Source: a virus (lineage: Duplodnaviria; Caudoviricetes). Taken from it: DNA of 64,000 bases. The translations under genes and the position numbers were made by a program. Shown here piece by piece: positions 28,701-37,288 of the stretch; positions within the stretch are counted from its first letter, which is position 1, and the number at the start of each line of letters is the position of its first letter. The DNA lies in the IMG/VR virus record IMGVR_UViG_3300025372_000001; one strand, given 5' to 3'. The notes under the pieces were generated by a model. That model was not told the origin of the DNA. It was given only the letters and a program-made list of their open reading frames with translations, and searched no databases.

Positions 28701-28881
28701 CGAATTGAGATTCAAAATCAGTAACGCTGGTAATTTTTGTAGGTTCATCAGAGATACCTTGAGAAGTGAAACCTGCAAAGAAAATATTTGTTCCGTTATT
28801 AGTTTGGGTTGTTCCAGAAACATCAATTTCTCTGATCGCGATTCCTGGTGAATTTAAAACTGTATTAAGACTTGTTGCCAT
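25762..28881 (-). CDS. gp18: Tail sheath protein gp18 (1039 aa, with insertion)
   Basis: SPGIAIREIDVS N-terminus; FPWTAPLGVQNG, NPIVKFP, YIRRGLL, IVCDERNNT, QPTRTIKMI C-terminus. Confidence 0.92.
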   Translation of the reverse strand: MATSLNTVLNSPGIAIREIDVSGTTQTNNGTNIFFAGFTSQGISDEPTKITSVTDFESQFGLPQTAAEKYTYNAVTQILNTSNASVTFTRMPYGSGAGIGYADSVNALIFPVVGVSAVEVNPCDYFRNIDENTCQTNFPWLYDAYFVSPSICYGSANLECSLNSQDENAGRLYIHNHPIQYDSIVTGFKFVVDSDSIHEDLKVFQLRPSQSGFNTSYSVVTSFALSSIYTNMDEDQSHLSNDGKRLIVDLTNTTFARKFNVTSGLLSGQTLSGLYVSAGDVFGTYSMAGNPVLKYFNVSPGIAASYQTSITNLASLTPSSTFNVVTTAVQTANTDLLISFCGVPVEAGLSCQTITSLNLQVPEQDRYHFYPVAGDAQLNDANFYVLGEPISQTLNATEYSLLQNEQFNWKCGVYDNVTPTLDINNNNVQAGLIVINKAKTAQLDDFSGYYLAINDNLNVNPSTDFNSITGVAGYYQQTCPGVSGNWVAVPSERWNFQTTSPFNGAGGSISDIVENGGGVDFGTPNYNDSLIVTLFKLRPTQLTQTINKLDQIKLEQYTGSLNAARKLNDPYGGPPRSYFLENSVANSNYLQVLVNPYLSQNNCWTDSTGLPQKTVRMYNARTGDVFNNFDAQAALANYGDSLYGLGAYNSNCSNAQYTLCQKKDIGNLPAKLQRALTNVENPLDYPIDITIDNGLSTVWATRQAVSNDACITNTGICYNYDDSYYVDTSSLSPYDGTSMSSPLADAWQTIYNIFDTFARYTRKANGGVGHLHIQDPLRQIFVNGKDYKVVNRQKTLTIDPKTGLVSDQYTSFSRNIWAPLRNLYSGTDSNYSESHANWIKGYDANTDSYTWFGPSAYKAALYASNDRNLFPWTAPLGVQNGALANIVDTAINPNQRELDLIAKVGLNPIVKFPNTGYIVYNTLTLQKEPSALQENYIRRGLLWLGNSIQANLREFIGQPNTVITRTRVKNKLSPVLQFMTDNAGLYGFDIVCDERNNTADSIDQGLLNVAVYVQPTRTIKMILADIVVNRTGVTLNNIF

Positions 28882-28918
28882 GAATACTATTTATGTTTTT
28901 GGCAAGAAATCCTATTTA

Positions 28919-29533
28919 TTATACCAACTTCATATTTAACTGACTAAATTCAAAAGTAAATGTTGATTCTGTTTCGTCTGCATCCCGCTTACTGATATTT
29001 ATTCCACCAATACCTGTGATAAATGCATCATAATAAATAAATTCTGCAACAGGTTCATCATATTCAGATAAAGGAAAAATAGAAATTGTAGTAGAATAAG
29101 TTTTAATTCTATCTTGTGAAAACCCTTCCATGGCAGTATTTTGTATATCTAACCATTTCCAAAGAATATAATAATTATCATATTGATTATCAACGGTAAA
29201 ATTACAATTGATTGGGGGATATTCGGGTCTAGCATTACCAGAAAATTTTAAAGTTTGCCCACCATGATTATGTTTAATAGTTTCCACTGCAATATCAGGA
29301 ATAACTGATCCCCAAACAGAGAAACGAAGTCGATCAATATTTCCTCCTTGACAAGGGCGTTTCTCTTTTTTAAGAAAGGGTTGAAGGGCACAAGGAACAT
29401 CCATAACAAGGATGAATTTATCCTTACGAGAGACATTTATGACACTTTGTTGATCCGTGTAATATCCAGGAGAAACCGGTTCAATAACACAATTATTGCC
29501 GATTTCTGGAACTATTGGAGGAATATTAGCCAT
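28919..29533 (-). CDS. gp3: Tail tube terminator gp3-like (tube-fold protein)
   Basis: SVIPDIAV...FTVDNQYDNYYILWKWL...F.YYDAFITGIGGIN. Confidence 0.6.
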   Translation of the reverse strand: MANIPPIVPEIGNNCVIEPVSPGYYTDQQSVINVSRKDKFILVMDVPCALQPFLKKEKRPCQGGNIDRLRFSVWGSVIPDIAVETIKHNHGGQTLKFSGNARPEYPPINCNFTVDNQYDNYYILWKWLDIQNTAMEGFSQDRIKTYSTTISIFPLSEYDEPVAEFIYYDAFITGIGGINISKRDADETESTFTFEFSQLNMKLV

Positions 29534-29542
29534 TTAAATTAT

Positions 29543-31255
29543 TTACTGGATGAAGCTCCACCCACTATCTGCATAATTATTTTGATCAAATTCTTTATAA
29601 TTAAATAATTCTTTACCTCTTTGATAAAACATTGGGGCAGGAGCACCACCAGACCTTGCATAAAAAGTAGTCCCGTTACTATCTTGATTATAGAAAGATT
29701 GATTAGCCAATTCTTGATTAGGATCAGATATTTTACTTGGTAAACCTGCATCGTCATAATCTAAAACATTTAAATATTTCTCAGAGGTTTCTCTTTCTAA
29801 TAGATATAATCCCCAAAGCAGGGACATAACTCTATCATCATGGAATCCTTTACGAGCTTCCCATTTCTTTTGTCCAGTTCTAACAAAGGTTTCAAATTCT
29901 TTGACAGTTTGTAGATCATTAAATTTAACAGCTTGTTTAGTCTCTACCATATATTTCATATGGGTGATACCTTTTGATTTAGAATTCCCATGGCAGAAAA
30001 TACCCATTTTCTGATATGCTCCTCTAACATCATTCTTCATAGTTACCGTTATAATATTGTCATAGTTATGAACCTGATATAAGGCATCAATGACTTGACT
30101 TCCTTCCTTATTACTTTCAATACATAAGAAAGGTCTTCCCCATGATCTTATAATCTGATTAAGTTTTTCTGCAAATACATAAGGTTGTAATCTATTGGAA
30201 GCAAATATTGCACATTGAATAATATCAGTGGGATCAGTAACATCTAGAATTTGTGCAACAGAATAATCTTGTCCGACACCTTCGGCAGCATCAACACCTA
30301 TTGAATAAATTCTATTTTCTTTTGGCTCTACCCATATTTTATAATCCCCATTGTCATAGCTAAATTCAACGGGTCCGCATCCATTTTTAAATTTCTCTAA
30401 TAATTGTAAATTAATTGCAGAAGTTCCATCTTCAAGGAACATAATATCATATTCCTGATTCCATAGGTCCATATCATAACCAATGGCTTCTAATTGATCT
30501 TGTTTCCATTTATCATCTCTATTAGGTAGTTCATGCCAATACATCTTATCCCATGCCCAATTAGAACGTCCTGCTTCTGCATCAGAATATAGTTTATAAT
30601 ATTTATTTAAGACCCCTGCTGGAGTCGAAGCTATGACTAGTTTAGTGTTTTCCCCGGAAGAAAGAACGGGAATAACCGATTTAAAGAAAGCATCAGCAAT
30701 TTCTGGTGGAACGAATGCAAACTCATCAACGAATACTAAGTTAACAGATTTACCCCGAAGAGATGTTCCAGAGGTAGTGGATACATATATTTTAGAACCA
30801 TTTGTTAATTTAATTATTTCTTGGGAGAATGTCCAAACCCCCGCTTTAATGAAGTTAGGAATTTCCTCATAGGCCAGCTTGATACGATCTAGAATTTCTT
30901 TGGCCTGCACCTCTTTGTTGGCAAGGATTCCTATCTCGTAATCTGTATTAAAAAGGGCATACCAGAGACACACTATGGTCATTATCGTCGTTTTGCCCGT
31001 CTGTCTGGACGCACAACTAATTGTTCTCCTATTTGCTACGATCTTTTTAATTAATCTTTTTTGACAAGGATGGAGCGCAATTTTCTGTCTACCTTTATCT
31101 AATACTCTAATAAAGAAATAATTCTCTGCAAAATAAATAACGTCTTCTTTACATTTGCGTAATTCTTCTAAATCTTCTGCGGTATATTTAATTTCAACAT
31201 TAATAGGAAGATTCTCATTATTGTTTAAATATTTGTCTAATCTTTTCTTTGCCAC
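29543..31255 (-). CDS. gp17: Terminase large subunit gp17
   Basis: SRQTGKTT (Walker A), VFVDEFAF (Walker B), GVDAAEGVGQDYS, HDDRVMSL. Start moved to GTG 31255 after a TAAATA box. Confidence 0.95.
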   Translation of the reverse strand: MAKKRLDKYLNNNENLPINVEIKYTAEDLEELRKCKEDVIYFAENYFFIRVLDKGRQKIALHPCQKRLIKKIVANRRTISCASRQTGKTTIMTIVCLWYALFNTDYEIGILANKEVQAKEILDRIKLAYEEIPNFIKAGVWTFSQEIIKLTNGSKIYVSTTSGTSLRGKSVNLVFVDEFAFVPPEIADAFFKSVIPVLSSGENTKLVIASTPAGVLNKYYKLYSDAEAGRSNWAWDKMYWHELPNRDDKWKQDQLEAIGYDMDLWNQEYDIMFLEDGTSAINLQLLEKFKNGCGPVEFSYDNGDYKIWVEPKENRIYSIGVDAAEGVGQDYSVAQILDVTDPTDIIQCAIFASNRLQPYVFAEKLNQIIRSWGRPFLCIESNKEGSQVIDALYQVHNYDNIITVTMKNDVRGAYQKMGIFCHGNSKSKGITHMKYMVETKQAVKFNDLQTVKEFETFVRTGQKKWEARKGFHDDRVMSLLWGLYLLERETSEKYLNVLDYDDAGLPSKISDPNQELANQSFYNQDSNGTTFYARSGGAPAPMFYQRGKELFNYKEFDQNNYADSGWSFIQ

Positions 31256-31320
31256 GATAGGAATATTTACAAAATAACTAATAATCACAAAAATGTTTTG
31301 TTTGTAATAAATAATGTTAT

Positions 31321-32076
31321 ATGGAAAACGACCTAGTTTCACTTTACGAAAATAATTATCTTAAACCACAAGCTGCTGCTTTGATTGTGGAAAAACAAGA
31401 AGTTGAAGAAGATGAGGATGAAAAGACTCCTGCTCCTAAAACCGCCAAATCTAAAAAGAAAGCAAAAATGTCTAAAGAAGAAATCGGCGCAACCCTTTAT
31501 GACTCTCATGACCGTTCTTCTTTCAATAGTGCCTTTAAAGCATTTATGGAAGAATTTGATATGGGCGAAAATGCATTCAGTGATGATCATGAAGGCGGAG
31601 AAGAAGACACTTTTGAATTCTCTGATACAGAAGAAGAAAAAGATTCTTATACTCTAGATGAACTTCGTTCCATGACTCTTGGAGAAATTGCTCTTCTTCT
31701 TACAGGTGGCACTGATGAAGGCGGCGAAGAAGATTTCGACTTTGATGGTGAAGATTCCGTTCCTACTGAGTCTTATGCCCATGAAGGCGGTGGTAAACAT
31801 CTAGGTAACACCCTAACCCGTGATGGTAAGCCAAGTAAGCAAGCTCCGACTACCCGTGTGAAACCAAATGGTGATGCTGATTTCTCTAAACAAGAAACCG
31901 GTTTTGAACCAGAAGATACTGAAGGTTCCGAAGGTTCTCATTTAGGTAACACCCTAACCCGTGATGGTAAACCAAGTAAGCAACCTGCTACCACTCGTGT
32001 AAAAGGTAATGGTGATGCTGATTTCTCTAAACAGAAAACAGGTTTCGGTAAAAAAGAAGGTGAACGCCTCTTTTAA
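31321..32076 (+). CDS. Acidic, probably internal head protein with 47-aa internal duplication
   Basis: Leader MENDLVSLYE; HLGNTLTRDGKPSKQ..TTRVK.NGDADFSKQ.TGF occurs twice. Confidence 0.7.
   Translation: MENDLVSLYENNYLKPQAAALIVEKQEVEEDEDEKTPAPKTAKSKKKAKMSKEEIGATLYDSHDRSSFNSAFKAFMEEFDMGENAFSDDHEGGEEDTFEFSDTEEEKDSYTLDELRSMTLGEIALLLTGGTDEGGEEDFDFDGEDSVPTESYAHEGGGKHLGNTLTRDGKPSKQAPTTRVKPNGDADFSKQETGFEPEDTEGSEGSHLGNTLTRDGKPSKQPATTRVKGNGDADFSKQKTGFGKKEGERLF
31798..32047 (+). repeat. Direct repeat, period 141 nt, inside CDS
   Basis: Copies start at 31798 and 31939 (cat[c/t]taggtaacaccctaacccgtgatggtaa...). Confidence 0.9.
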
Positions 32077-32097
32077 TTGAAATAAAATAATTAAACG

Positions 32098-32131
32098 AAA
32101 AAAGCGACAACACGAAAGTTGTCGCTTTTTT
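32098..32131 (+). terminator. Rho-independent terminator
   Basis: AAAAAAGCGACAAC-acgaaa-GTTGTCGCTTTTTT. Confidence 0.85.
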
Positions 32132-32155
32132 ATTTTGATAACATAAATAGTTTTT

Positions 32156-32806
32156 ATGCTTTATTATGTTCCTGCTACTGTAGACAAATCCACTTGTATT
32201 GGTAATAGTTTATCAACTATAAATATTGGATTTTCTTCTCTTGATACCAATCTAAAAGCATTATCTGCATGGACAGTTAGTAGCATCAATTTCTTAAGTG
32301 CAACTATGATTTCTGTAAGTTCCACCTTACAAAACGAAATTCAGTTTCTTAGTTCCACCATGATTTCAGTTAGTTCCACACTTCAAACAGAAATCAATTA
32401 CCTTAGTTCTAATATTGTTTCGGTTAGTGCCAACCTTCAAGGACAAATCAATTTAGTTAATACAGAAATCAACTATTTGAGTGCAAATATTGTTAATAGT
32501 CCTTATACCATTTATCATGAACCTTCTGGAGGAATTACATGGGACATTTCTAAAACAGGAAGAAATGCTAATTTAACACTTTCTTCTAATTGTTATATGC
32601 GAAATCCTTTGAATATGGTTGCAGGACAACAAGGAAATATTTCAATTGTATCTAGTGGAACTAGTGCATATTCTATTACTGCCTTTGGTAATAATTGGAT
32701 TTTCTCTAATAATACTTCTGCAATGAAAGCCGTACCAAATGCAAGAAATCTTATTAGGTATTACTATAATGGAGCAGCTATTCTTAGTCAGATGATTCAG
32801 TTTTAA
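32156..32806 (+). CDS. Short fibre/whisker-like virion protein
   Basis: 18-aa coiled-coil repeats (INFLSATMISVSSTLQNE); C-terminal domain ITWD...NLTL..N....NP.NM.AGQ. Confidence 0.6.
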   Translation: MLYYVPATVDKSTCIGNSLSTINIGFSSLDTNLKALSAWTVSSINFLSATMISVSSTLQNEIQFLSSTMISVSSTLQTEINYLSSNIVSVSANLQGQINLVNTEINYLSANIVNSPYTIYHEPSGGITWDISKTGRNANLTLSSNCYMRNPLNMVAGQQGNISIVSSGTSAYSITAFGNNWIFSNNTSAMKAVPNARNLIRYYYNGAAILSQMIQF

Positions 32807-33131
32807 CTGATCTATAAGTTGCTATATACTTCTTTGCTGCATCATACGCAGAACCAATTAAACCATCTATACTAAGTTTCTTTGCAGCAATATCTCGATT
32901 ATTGAGATGTAATCGAGTAATAATGATTGGAGTAGTAATCAGTCTATAATGTTCTTCTTTAAAATTAACTAGAACAAAACATTCTTCTGAAATTGGATGT
33001 TTATTTGGTCCAAGTGTTTGATATTGTTTATCAAAAATCTCCTTTTTCTTTTCATCATAAAAAGAGATAAACATGAATTTATCTTCATCTCTAAAAACTA
33101 AGCCATTGATTATAAGATCATTATTTTCCAT
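32784..33131 (-). CDS. Hypothetical protein
   Basis: ORF in packed minus-strand operon. Confidence 0.6.
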   Translation of the reverse strand: MENNDLIINGLVFRDEDKFMFISFYDEKKKEIFDKQYQTLGPNKHPISEECFVLVNFKEEHYRLITTPIIITRLHLNNRDIAAKKLSIDGLIGSAYDAAKKYIATYRSVKTESSD

Positions 33132-33360
33132 TTTTATTCGGGGATAAAGTTTTAATTAGACGAAATGGATCAAGATATTTCTTAGCACATTTATTACAAA
33201 TGACATAATGTTTATGTGTGACATTGTAATATTGATAAAATCTGCCGTGACATTTTTTACAAGATGTATCAGGTTTTTCTATTAAAGGTAATTGATGAGG
33301 ATCGTCTAATTCCGTTAAGGAATCATAAATCTCGCCAGAAAATAATGAAAAATATAACAT
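33121..33360 (-). CDS. Small zinc-finger protein
   Basis: CKKCHGR...ICNKC. Confidence 0.6.
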   Translation of the reverse strand: MLYFSLFSGEIYDSLTELDDPHQLPLIEKPDTSCKKCHGRFYQYYNVTHKHYVICNKCAKKYLDPFRLIKTLSPNKNGK

Positions 33361-33361
33361 G

Positions 33362-33727
33362 TTAAGTAAATTCGATTTCTAGAATGCGGTCAATAAATTT
33401 AGATGGTTTTTCAGGAATAGTTGTAGCACAAATCTGAAGCATCAAAGGTAACATATCTTTCTTGTTAGTCAAGGTCTTAAATCTATAATCTAAGTAAAGA
33501 ATGCCTTCATCAGGATATTCATCATATGCGAAAGGATACGGTAATTTAAATGATATAATTTTCTTGGTATTTTCAATGACTAATTCAAAGAAGAAATTAT
33601 TAGTAACTATATGGTTCTGAATAAGAAGGAATTTACCTGTTTTAATTTCTTCTTCTCCAATACGCAAAGTTATATTCTTCTGGAAGTACTTAGGAAATAT
33701 CTTTTCAAAACCATCGATTTGTAACAT
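33362..33727 (-). CDS. Hypothetical protein
   Basis: ORF with TAAATA box upstream. Confidence 0.65.
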   Translation of the reverse strand: MLQIDGFEKIFPKYFQKNITLRIGEEEIKTGKFLLIQNHIVTNNFFFELVIENTKKIISFKLPYPFAYDEYPDEGILYLDYRFKTLTNKKDMLPLMLQICATTIPEKPSKFIDRILEIEFT

Positions 33728-33767
33728 TTGAATTATTTAGAAAGAATAATAATCAATTCAATGTTGT

Positions 33768-34283
33768 TTATTTTCTTTTAAAGTATTTTTTGATACGATC
33801 AACAAAAGGTTTAAATTTATCTGCTGCTCTTTGAAAGATATTCTTTTTAACTTCGGGAGTTACATTAGGGGAATATGCTTTGGTTTCATCACCGACATAT
33901 CCCATAAATTTAAGTTTATCATCTTGAGACATTCCTATGATATATTCATAGAAATATTCTTTAAATGATTCTATTCCTTCTGGTGTTGAAACATCCCAAA
34001 TTTGTTTAATAGTTACTTGTTCTGCACCAAAGACCCGATAATCTTGGCGAAACATGTCCCAAACAACACAAAGATTATATTGTTTATAATTATATCCCAT
34101 TCCGATACCTTTTGGTGCTCGGAAATTTAATACTTGATGACCGAAATCACTATTCAGTAATTCATAATTCGTGGTTCCAAATAAACCACGAATATCAGAC
34201 CATCCCATTTTTTTATGACGGCGAACAAAACTTAACTCAACTACTTGTCTTCCTAATGTTACTTGTAATTGAGCGTTACTCAC
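33768..34283 (-). CDS. DUF2693/WYL_2-like SH3-fold protein
   Basis: VVELSFVRR...R...TTN..LL...VVWDMFRQDYRVF. Confidence 0.5.
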   Translation of the reverse strand: MSNAQLQVTLGRQVVELSFVRRHKKMGWSDIRGLFGTTNYELLNSDFGHQVLNFRAPKGIGMGYNYKQYNLCVVWDMFRQDYRVFGAEQVTIKQIWDVSTPEGIESFKEYFYEYIIGMSQDDKLKFMGYVGDETKAYSPNVTPEVKKNIFQRAADKFKPFVDRIKKYFKRK

Positions 34284-34291
34284 TTACATAT

Positions 34292-34735
34292 TTATTCACC
34301 TAAAAGAATTTGATCAGTAATGTCTTGTTTCATTTCTTCTTCGGTACCATCATATTCCATAACTGCCATAACTGCATCTTCTTTAACGAAATGAGTTTTA
34401 TAACCATCTACTGTTCGATGCGCAGGTTGTCCCACTTGTTTAACAAACAACACACGACTTCCTACTAATGCATATTTGGTTTCAGGTCCACACATGAGAA
34501 TTTCTCCCAGAGAATAAATTCCTTTTGCACTAGATGTAGGAAGAAATAAACCATTTTTCTTGACCTGATTAGTATCAGGTTCATCTAAAAGTTTAACCCA
34601 TAAAGTATCTTTATAAAGCTGAGTAATTTTCCAATCTTTTAGATCGATATTATGATTAATAATACGTTCTGTACGAGTTTGACTTTTTGCTACTACTGCT
34701 TCGATTAGACGTTCTTGGGCATTATTTTGTTCCAT
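34292..34735 (-). CDS. groES: GroES-like co-chaperonin
   Basis: LWVKL...KNGLFLP...GEILMCGP...VGSRVLF...FVKEDAVMAV. Confidence 0.75.
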   Translation of the reverse strand: MEQNNAQERLIEAVVAKSQTRTERIINHNIDLKDWKITQLYKDTLWVKLLDEPDTNQVKKNGLFLPTSSAKGIYSLGEILMCGPETKYALVGSRVLFVKQVGQPAHRTVDGYKTHFVKEDAVMAVMEYDGTEEEMKQDITDQILLGE

Positions 34736-34759
34736 ATGTGTTGCTTTTACTTAATACTC

Positions 34760-35179
34760 TTATTCTTTATTATCTAGTTTCTTGTAAATCTTTTCTTCGT
34801 CTTGATATGATTTTAAAACATCTGGAAATATTTCTATTGCTGCTTCTAATTCTCTTTTAGAGATTTCCATATTTTGACAAAGCTGATTAATAATGGGTGT
34901 TTCCAAATTAACTTTTACTTTATCCTTCTTAGACATTAACCATTCCAATCTTTTCCATTTGTTTTTAGGGAATACTAATCGAAGAAAATCAACGAATTGT
35001 TGAGGTTCTAAAACTGAATGATAAACATTAGTTGTCCCATTAATTAACTGACAAAAGGAGGGATTCTGATAAGAAATAATTTTATTAATTAAGAATGGAT
35101 TAGGGTCATCGCCAGGAAGAAGTCTTTCGTTCTTTTTGGTGAAGAGAATATCATTTACAATATCAAAGGGTGTTTTCAT
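34760..35179 (-). CDS. gp62: Clamp loader small subunit gp62
   Basis: PFDIVNDIL...NPFLINKIISY...Q..DFL......K.K...W. Confidence 0.7.
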   Translation of the reverse strand: MKTPFDIVNDILFTKKNERLLPGDDPNPFLINKIISYQNPSFCQLINGTTNVYHSVLEPQQFVDFLRLVFPKNKWKRLEWLMSKKDKVKVNLETPIINQLCQNMEISKRELEAAIEIFPDVLKSYQDEEKIYKKLDNKE

Positions 35180-35254
35180 TATTATCTTTTCTAAACTGTT
35201 TAATTAATGTAAAATTTATTATTATCTTTTCTAAACTGTTTAATTAATGTAAAA
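35178..35254. repeat. Perfect 37-nt direct repeat, period 40
   Basis: attattatcttttctaaactgtttaattaatgtaaaa at 35178-35214 and 35218-35254. Confidence 0.95.
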
Positions 35255-35694
35255 AATTCTTGCTCAATTAATTCTGCAAATTCTTTCTGTAAACTTTCAT
35301 CAGGAAAGAATACTCGGAAACTATATGTTCCATTATTAGCTGAACTATATTTAGGGAAACCGAATATGCAAGCATTTACTGTTTTCTGTTGAACGATTAA
35401 CGAATCGGGGGTTTCTCGATATGCCAAATAATAGCGAATAATATTATATTCGTGATTAAAATGATTCTTTCCTACCCAATTATCTAAAAAAAGTAAAAGT
35501 CTATCAAAAAACCATAATTTAAACAGATGTCCTGCATCCTTATTAATATACGGAATTTCAATATATAAATCTGTATTAGATTTTTGTAAATCAATTAATA
35601 TATTTCCTTGAAATGAATAATCCTTACCAAAATAAGAGGTAAGAGGAAACTGATAATTACTTTGAGAACCGTTATCTTTATTATCTACAATCAT
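35200..35694 (-). CDS. Hypothetical protein
   Basis: ORF; its C-terminus is shaped by the 40-nt duplication. Confidence 0.65.
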   Translation of the reverse strand: MIVDNKDNGSQSNYQFPLTSYFGKDYSFQGNILIDLQKSNTDLYIEIPYINKDAGHLFKLWFFDRLLLFLDNWVGKNHFNHEYNIIRYYLAYRETPDSLIVQQKTVNACIFGFPKYSSANNGTYSFRVFFPDESLQKEFAELIEQEFFTLIKQFRKDNNKFYIN

Positions 35695-36479
35695 ATGCTT
35701 TTATTATAATCTCTATAATCAATTAGAAATTCTTTGGCTAATTTATACCAAAGGGGATCATTTTGAAATTCGCCTAATCCATGATGAATACCAAAGATAG
35801 GATAAACACCAATGGTTAAGCCTTTTTGGATTGCTTCTGCACATGCAGACATATCATAGTGATGAAAGGTATATTTCTCATTAAATTTAACTTCTTTTTC
35901 TCTAACGGATTTACCTTTAAAACTGATAAAAACACCATCCACAAAGACAGCAGGGGCAGGGGTTGGTCCAAAATAAGAAGAATTGATATATGGAAAAGGA
36001 AATCCGCCTATATCTTTAGGAATAAGATGGGAAAGGAACCCGCGTCCATCTTCTCTTTTGTTCATACATAAATGCCATGCAGGAGTTTTAGCATTAGTAT
36101 AATTCTGACTTGCTGCTCCTGCGATACCTACAATATCAAACCGTCTATGGGCATCCACAATTTTTGAAAAGAATAACAAATCATGGATTTCTAAATCATC
36201 ATGCATGAAAACAGTGTATTCGTCTTCTTTATCAGTAATATACTCATTATAAAGTTGACAGAATCCTTTTTTGTTTTCCGTCAAAATATGTATTTCATAT
36301 TGTGTTGATTTATGAACCGTGGAAAGTGGTTGTGTCGATAATATCAGACACTTATATGCATCACTTTTTTCGTATACATCACGGGTTTTTATTGTAGGAA
36401 CGATTATCTTAACAGAATAAGCCATAAACAAATATACTTCTTTCTTTTCTCTTTGCAACTTATCATTTTCAAATCTCAC
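35691..36479 (-). CDS. GT-A fold glycosyltransferase (Glyco_tranf_2_5-like)
   Basis: FCQLYNE, VFMHDD, DIVGIAG, VDGVF, FHHYDMSAC. Confidence 0.75.
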   Translation of the reverse strand: MRFENDKLQREKKEVYLFMAYSVKIIVPTIKTRDVYEKSDAYKCLILSTQPLSTVHKSTQYEIHILTENKKGFCQLYNEYITDKEDEYTVFMHDDLEIHDLLFFSKIVDAHRRFDIVGIAGAASQNYTNAKTPAWHLCMNKREDGRGFLSHLIPKDIGGFPFPYINSSYFGPTPAPAVFVDGVFISFKGKSVREKEVKFNEKYTFHHYDMSACAEAIQKGLTIGVYPIFGIHHGLGEFQNDPLWYKLAKEFLIDYRDYNKSI

Positions 36480-36504
36480 TCCATAAGAATAAATAATGTA
36501 ATAT

Positions 36505-37071
36505 ATGAATTATTCGAAATATTTCGCCCAAATCCTTCTTGAAGATACTGACATCGGAAATCCTACTCATGATAATGAAAGTGATAATCCTCTTGCTTCT
36601 TTCCTTGATGACGGCACAAATGAAGATGCCTTTGATACCGAAGGCATTGCTGACAGTCTAAAGAAAATTGAAGATAATTTTGATAAAAAAATGGCTCTTC
36701 TTGATAATATTGACGGAATGGATAAACATGAAATCAATTCTCGTCTTGACCAACTAGAAGAATATCTTACTACTCTTCGTGCTTTCGTTGATTCTAAAGA
36801 TGAAGTGGATATGAAAAATCCTTATTCAGTCATGGCGAATATCATTCGTCGGGATACTGTTAAGAAAACTAACTTTGATCAAGTCACTAAAGCTATTGAA
36901 AATTATAAGAATGCATCAAAAAAAGAAGAACAAGCAACTGAACAAGCTGCAAGAGAAGTTAAAGATTCTCTCGGAGATTTAGCAAAAGCCCGTAAATCAG
37001 TAACTTCTACTGGTGGTTCGGAAAGTCCTGAACAAACTTCCGGTCCTTATGACGATGATGACACTTTTTAA
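36505..37071 (+). CDS. Acidic hypothetical protein with leader (YFAQILLE)
   Basis: ORF after a TAAATA box. Confidence 0.7.
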   Translation: MNYSKYFAQILLEDTDIGNPTHDNESDNPLASFLDDGTNEDAFDTEGIADSLKKIEDNFDKKMALLDNIDGMDKHEINSRLDQLEEYLTTLRAFVDSKDEVDMKNPYSVMANIIRRDTVKKTNFDQVTKAIENYKNASKKEEQATEQAAREVKDSLGDLAKARKSVTSTGGSESPEQTSGPYDDDDTF

Positions 37072-37075
37072 AAAT

Positions 37076-37288
37076 ATGGACGATAAATTAACACAATTAG
37101 TACAAGAACAATATCAGATTATATCTGAAGAAGGTGATCCCTCACAACATTTAGACGAAATTTATAATTTACGGATGCGTCGTATTTTTGAAATTTGTTT
37201 ATCCCTTAAACAGAATGGTGTTTCTGTTGAACGAATTATAGCAGGACTAAATAAAACTATAAATTTTCTATCCAAACAAAATAATTAA
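37076..37288 (+). CDS. Small hypothetical protein
   Basis: Start moved to ATG 37076, after the previous stop. Confidence 0.55.
   Translation: MDDKLTQLVQEQYQIISEEGDPSQHLDEIYNLRMRRIFEICLSLKQNGVSVERIIAGLNKTINFLSKQNN

Noticed and set aside
31256-31342. Longer annotated start for terminase (and similar extensions for 8929, 18500, 51336, 52324, 58115, 59015)
   Set aside because: TAAATA boxes or neighbouring gene overlaps point to downstream starts; the extensions look like intergenic AT-rich sequence.
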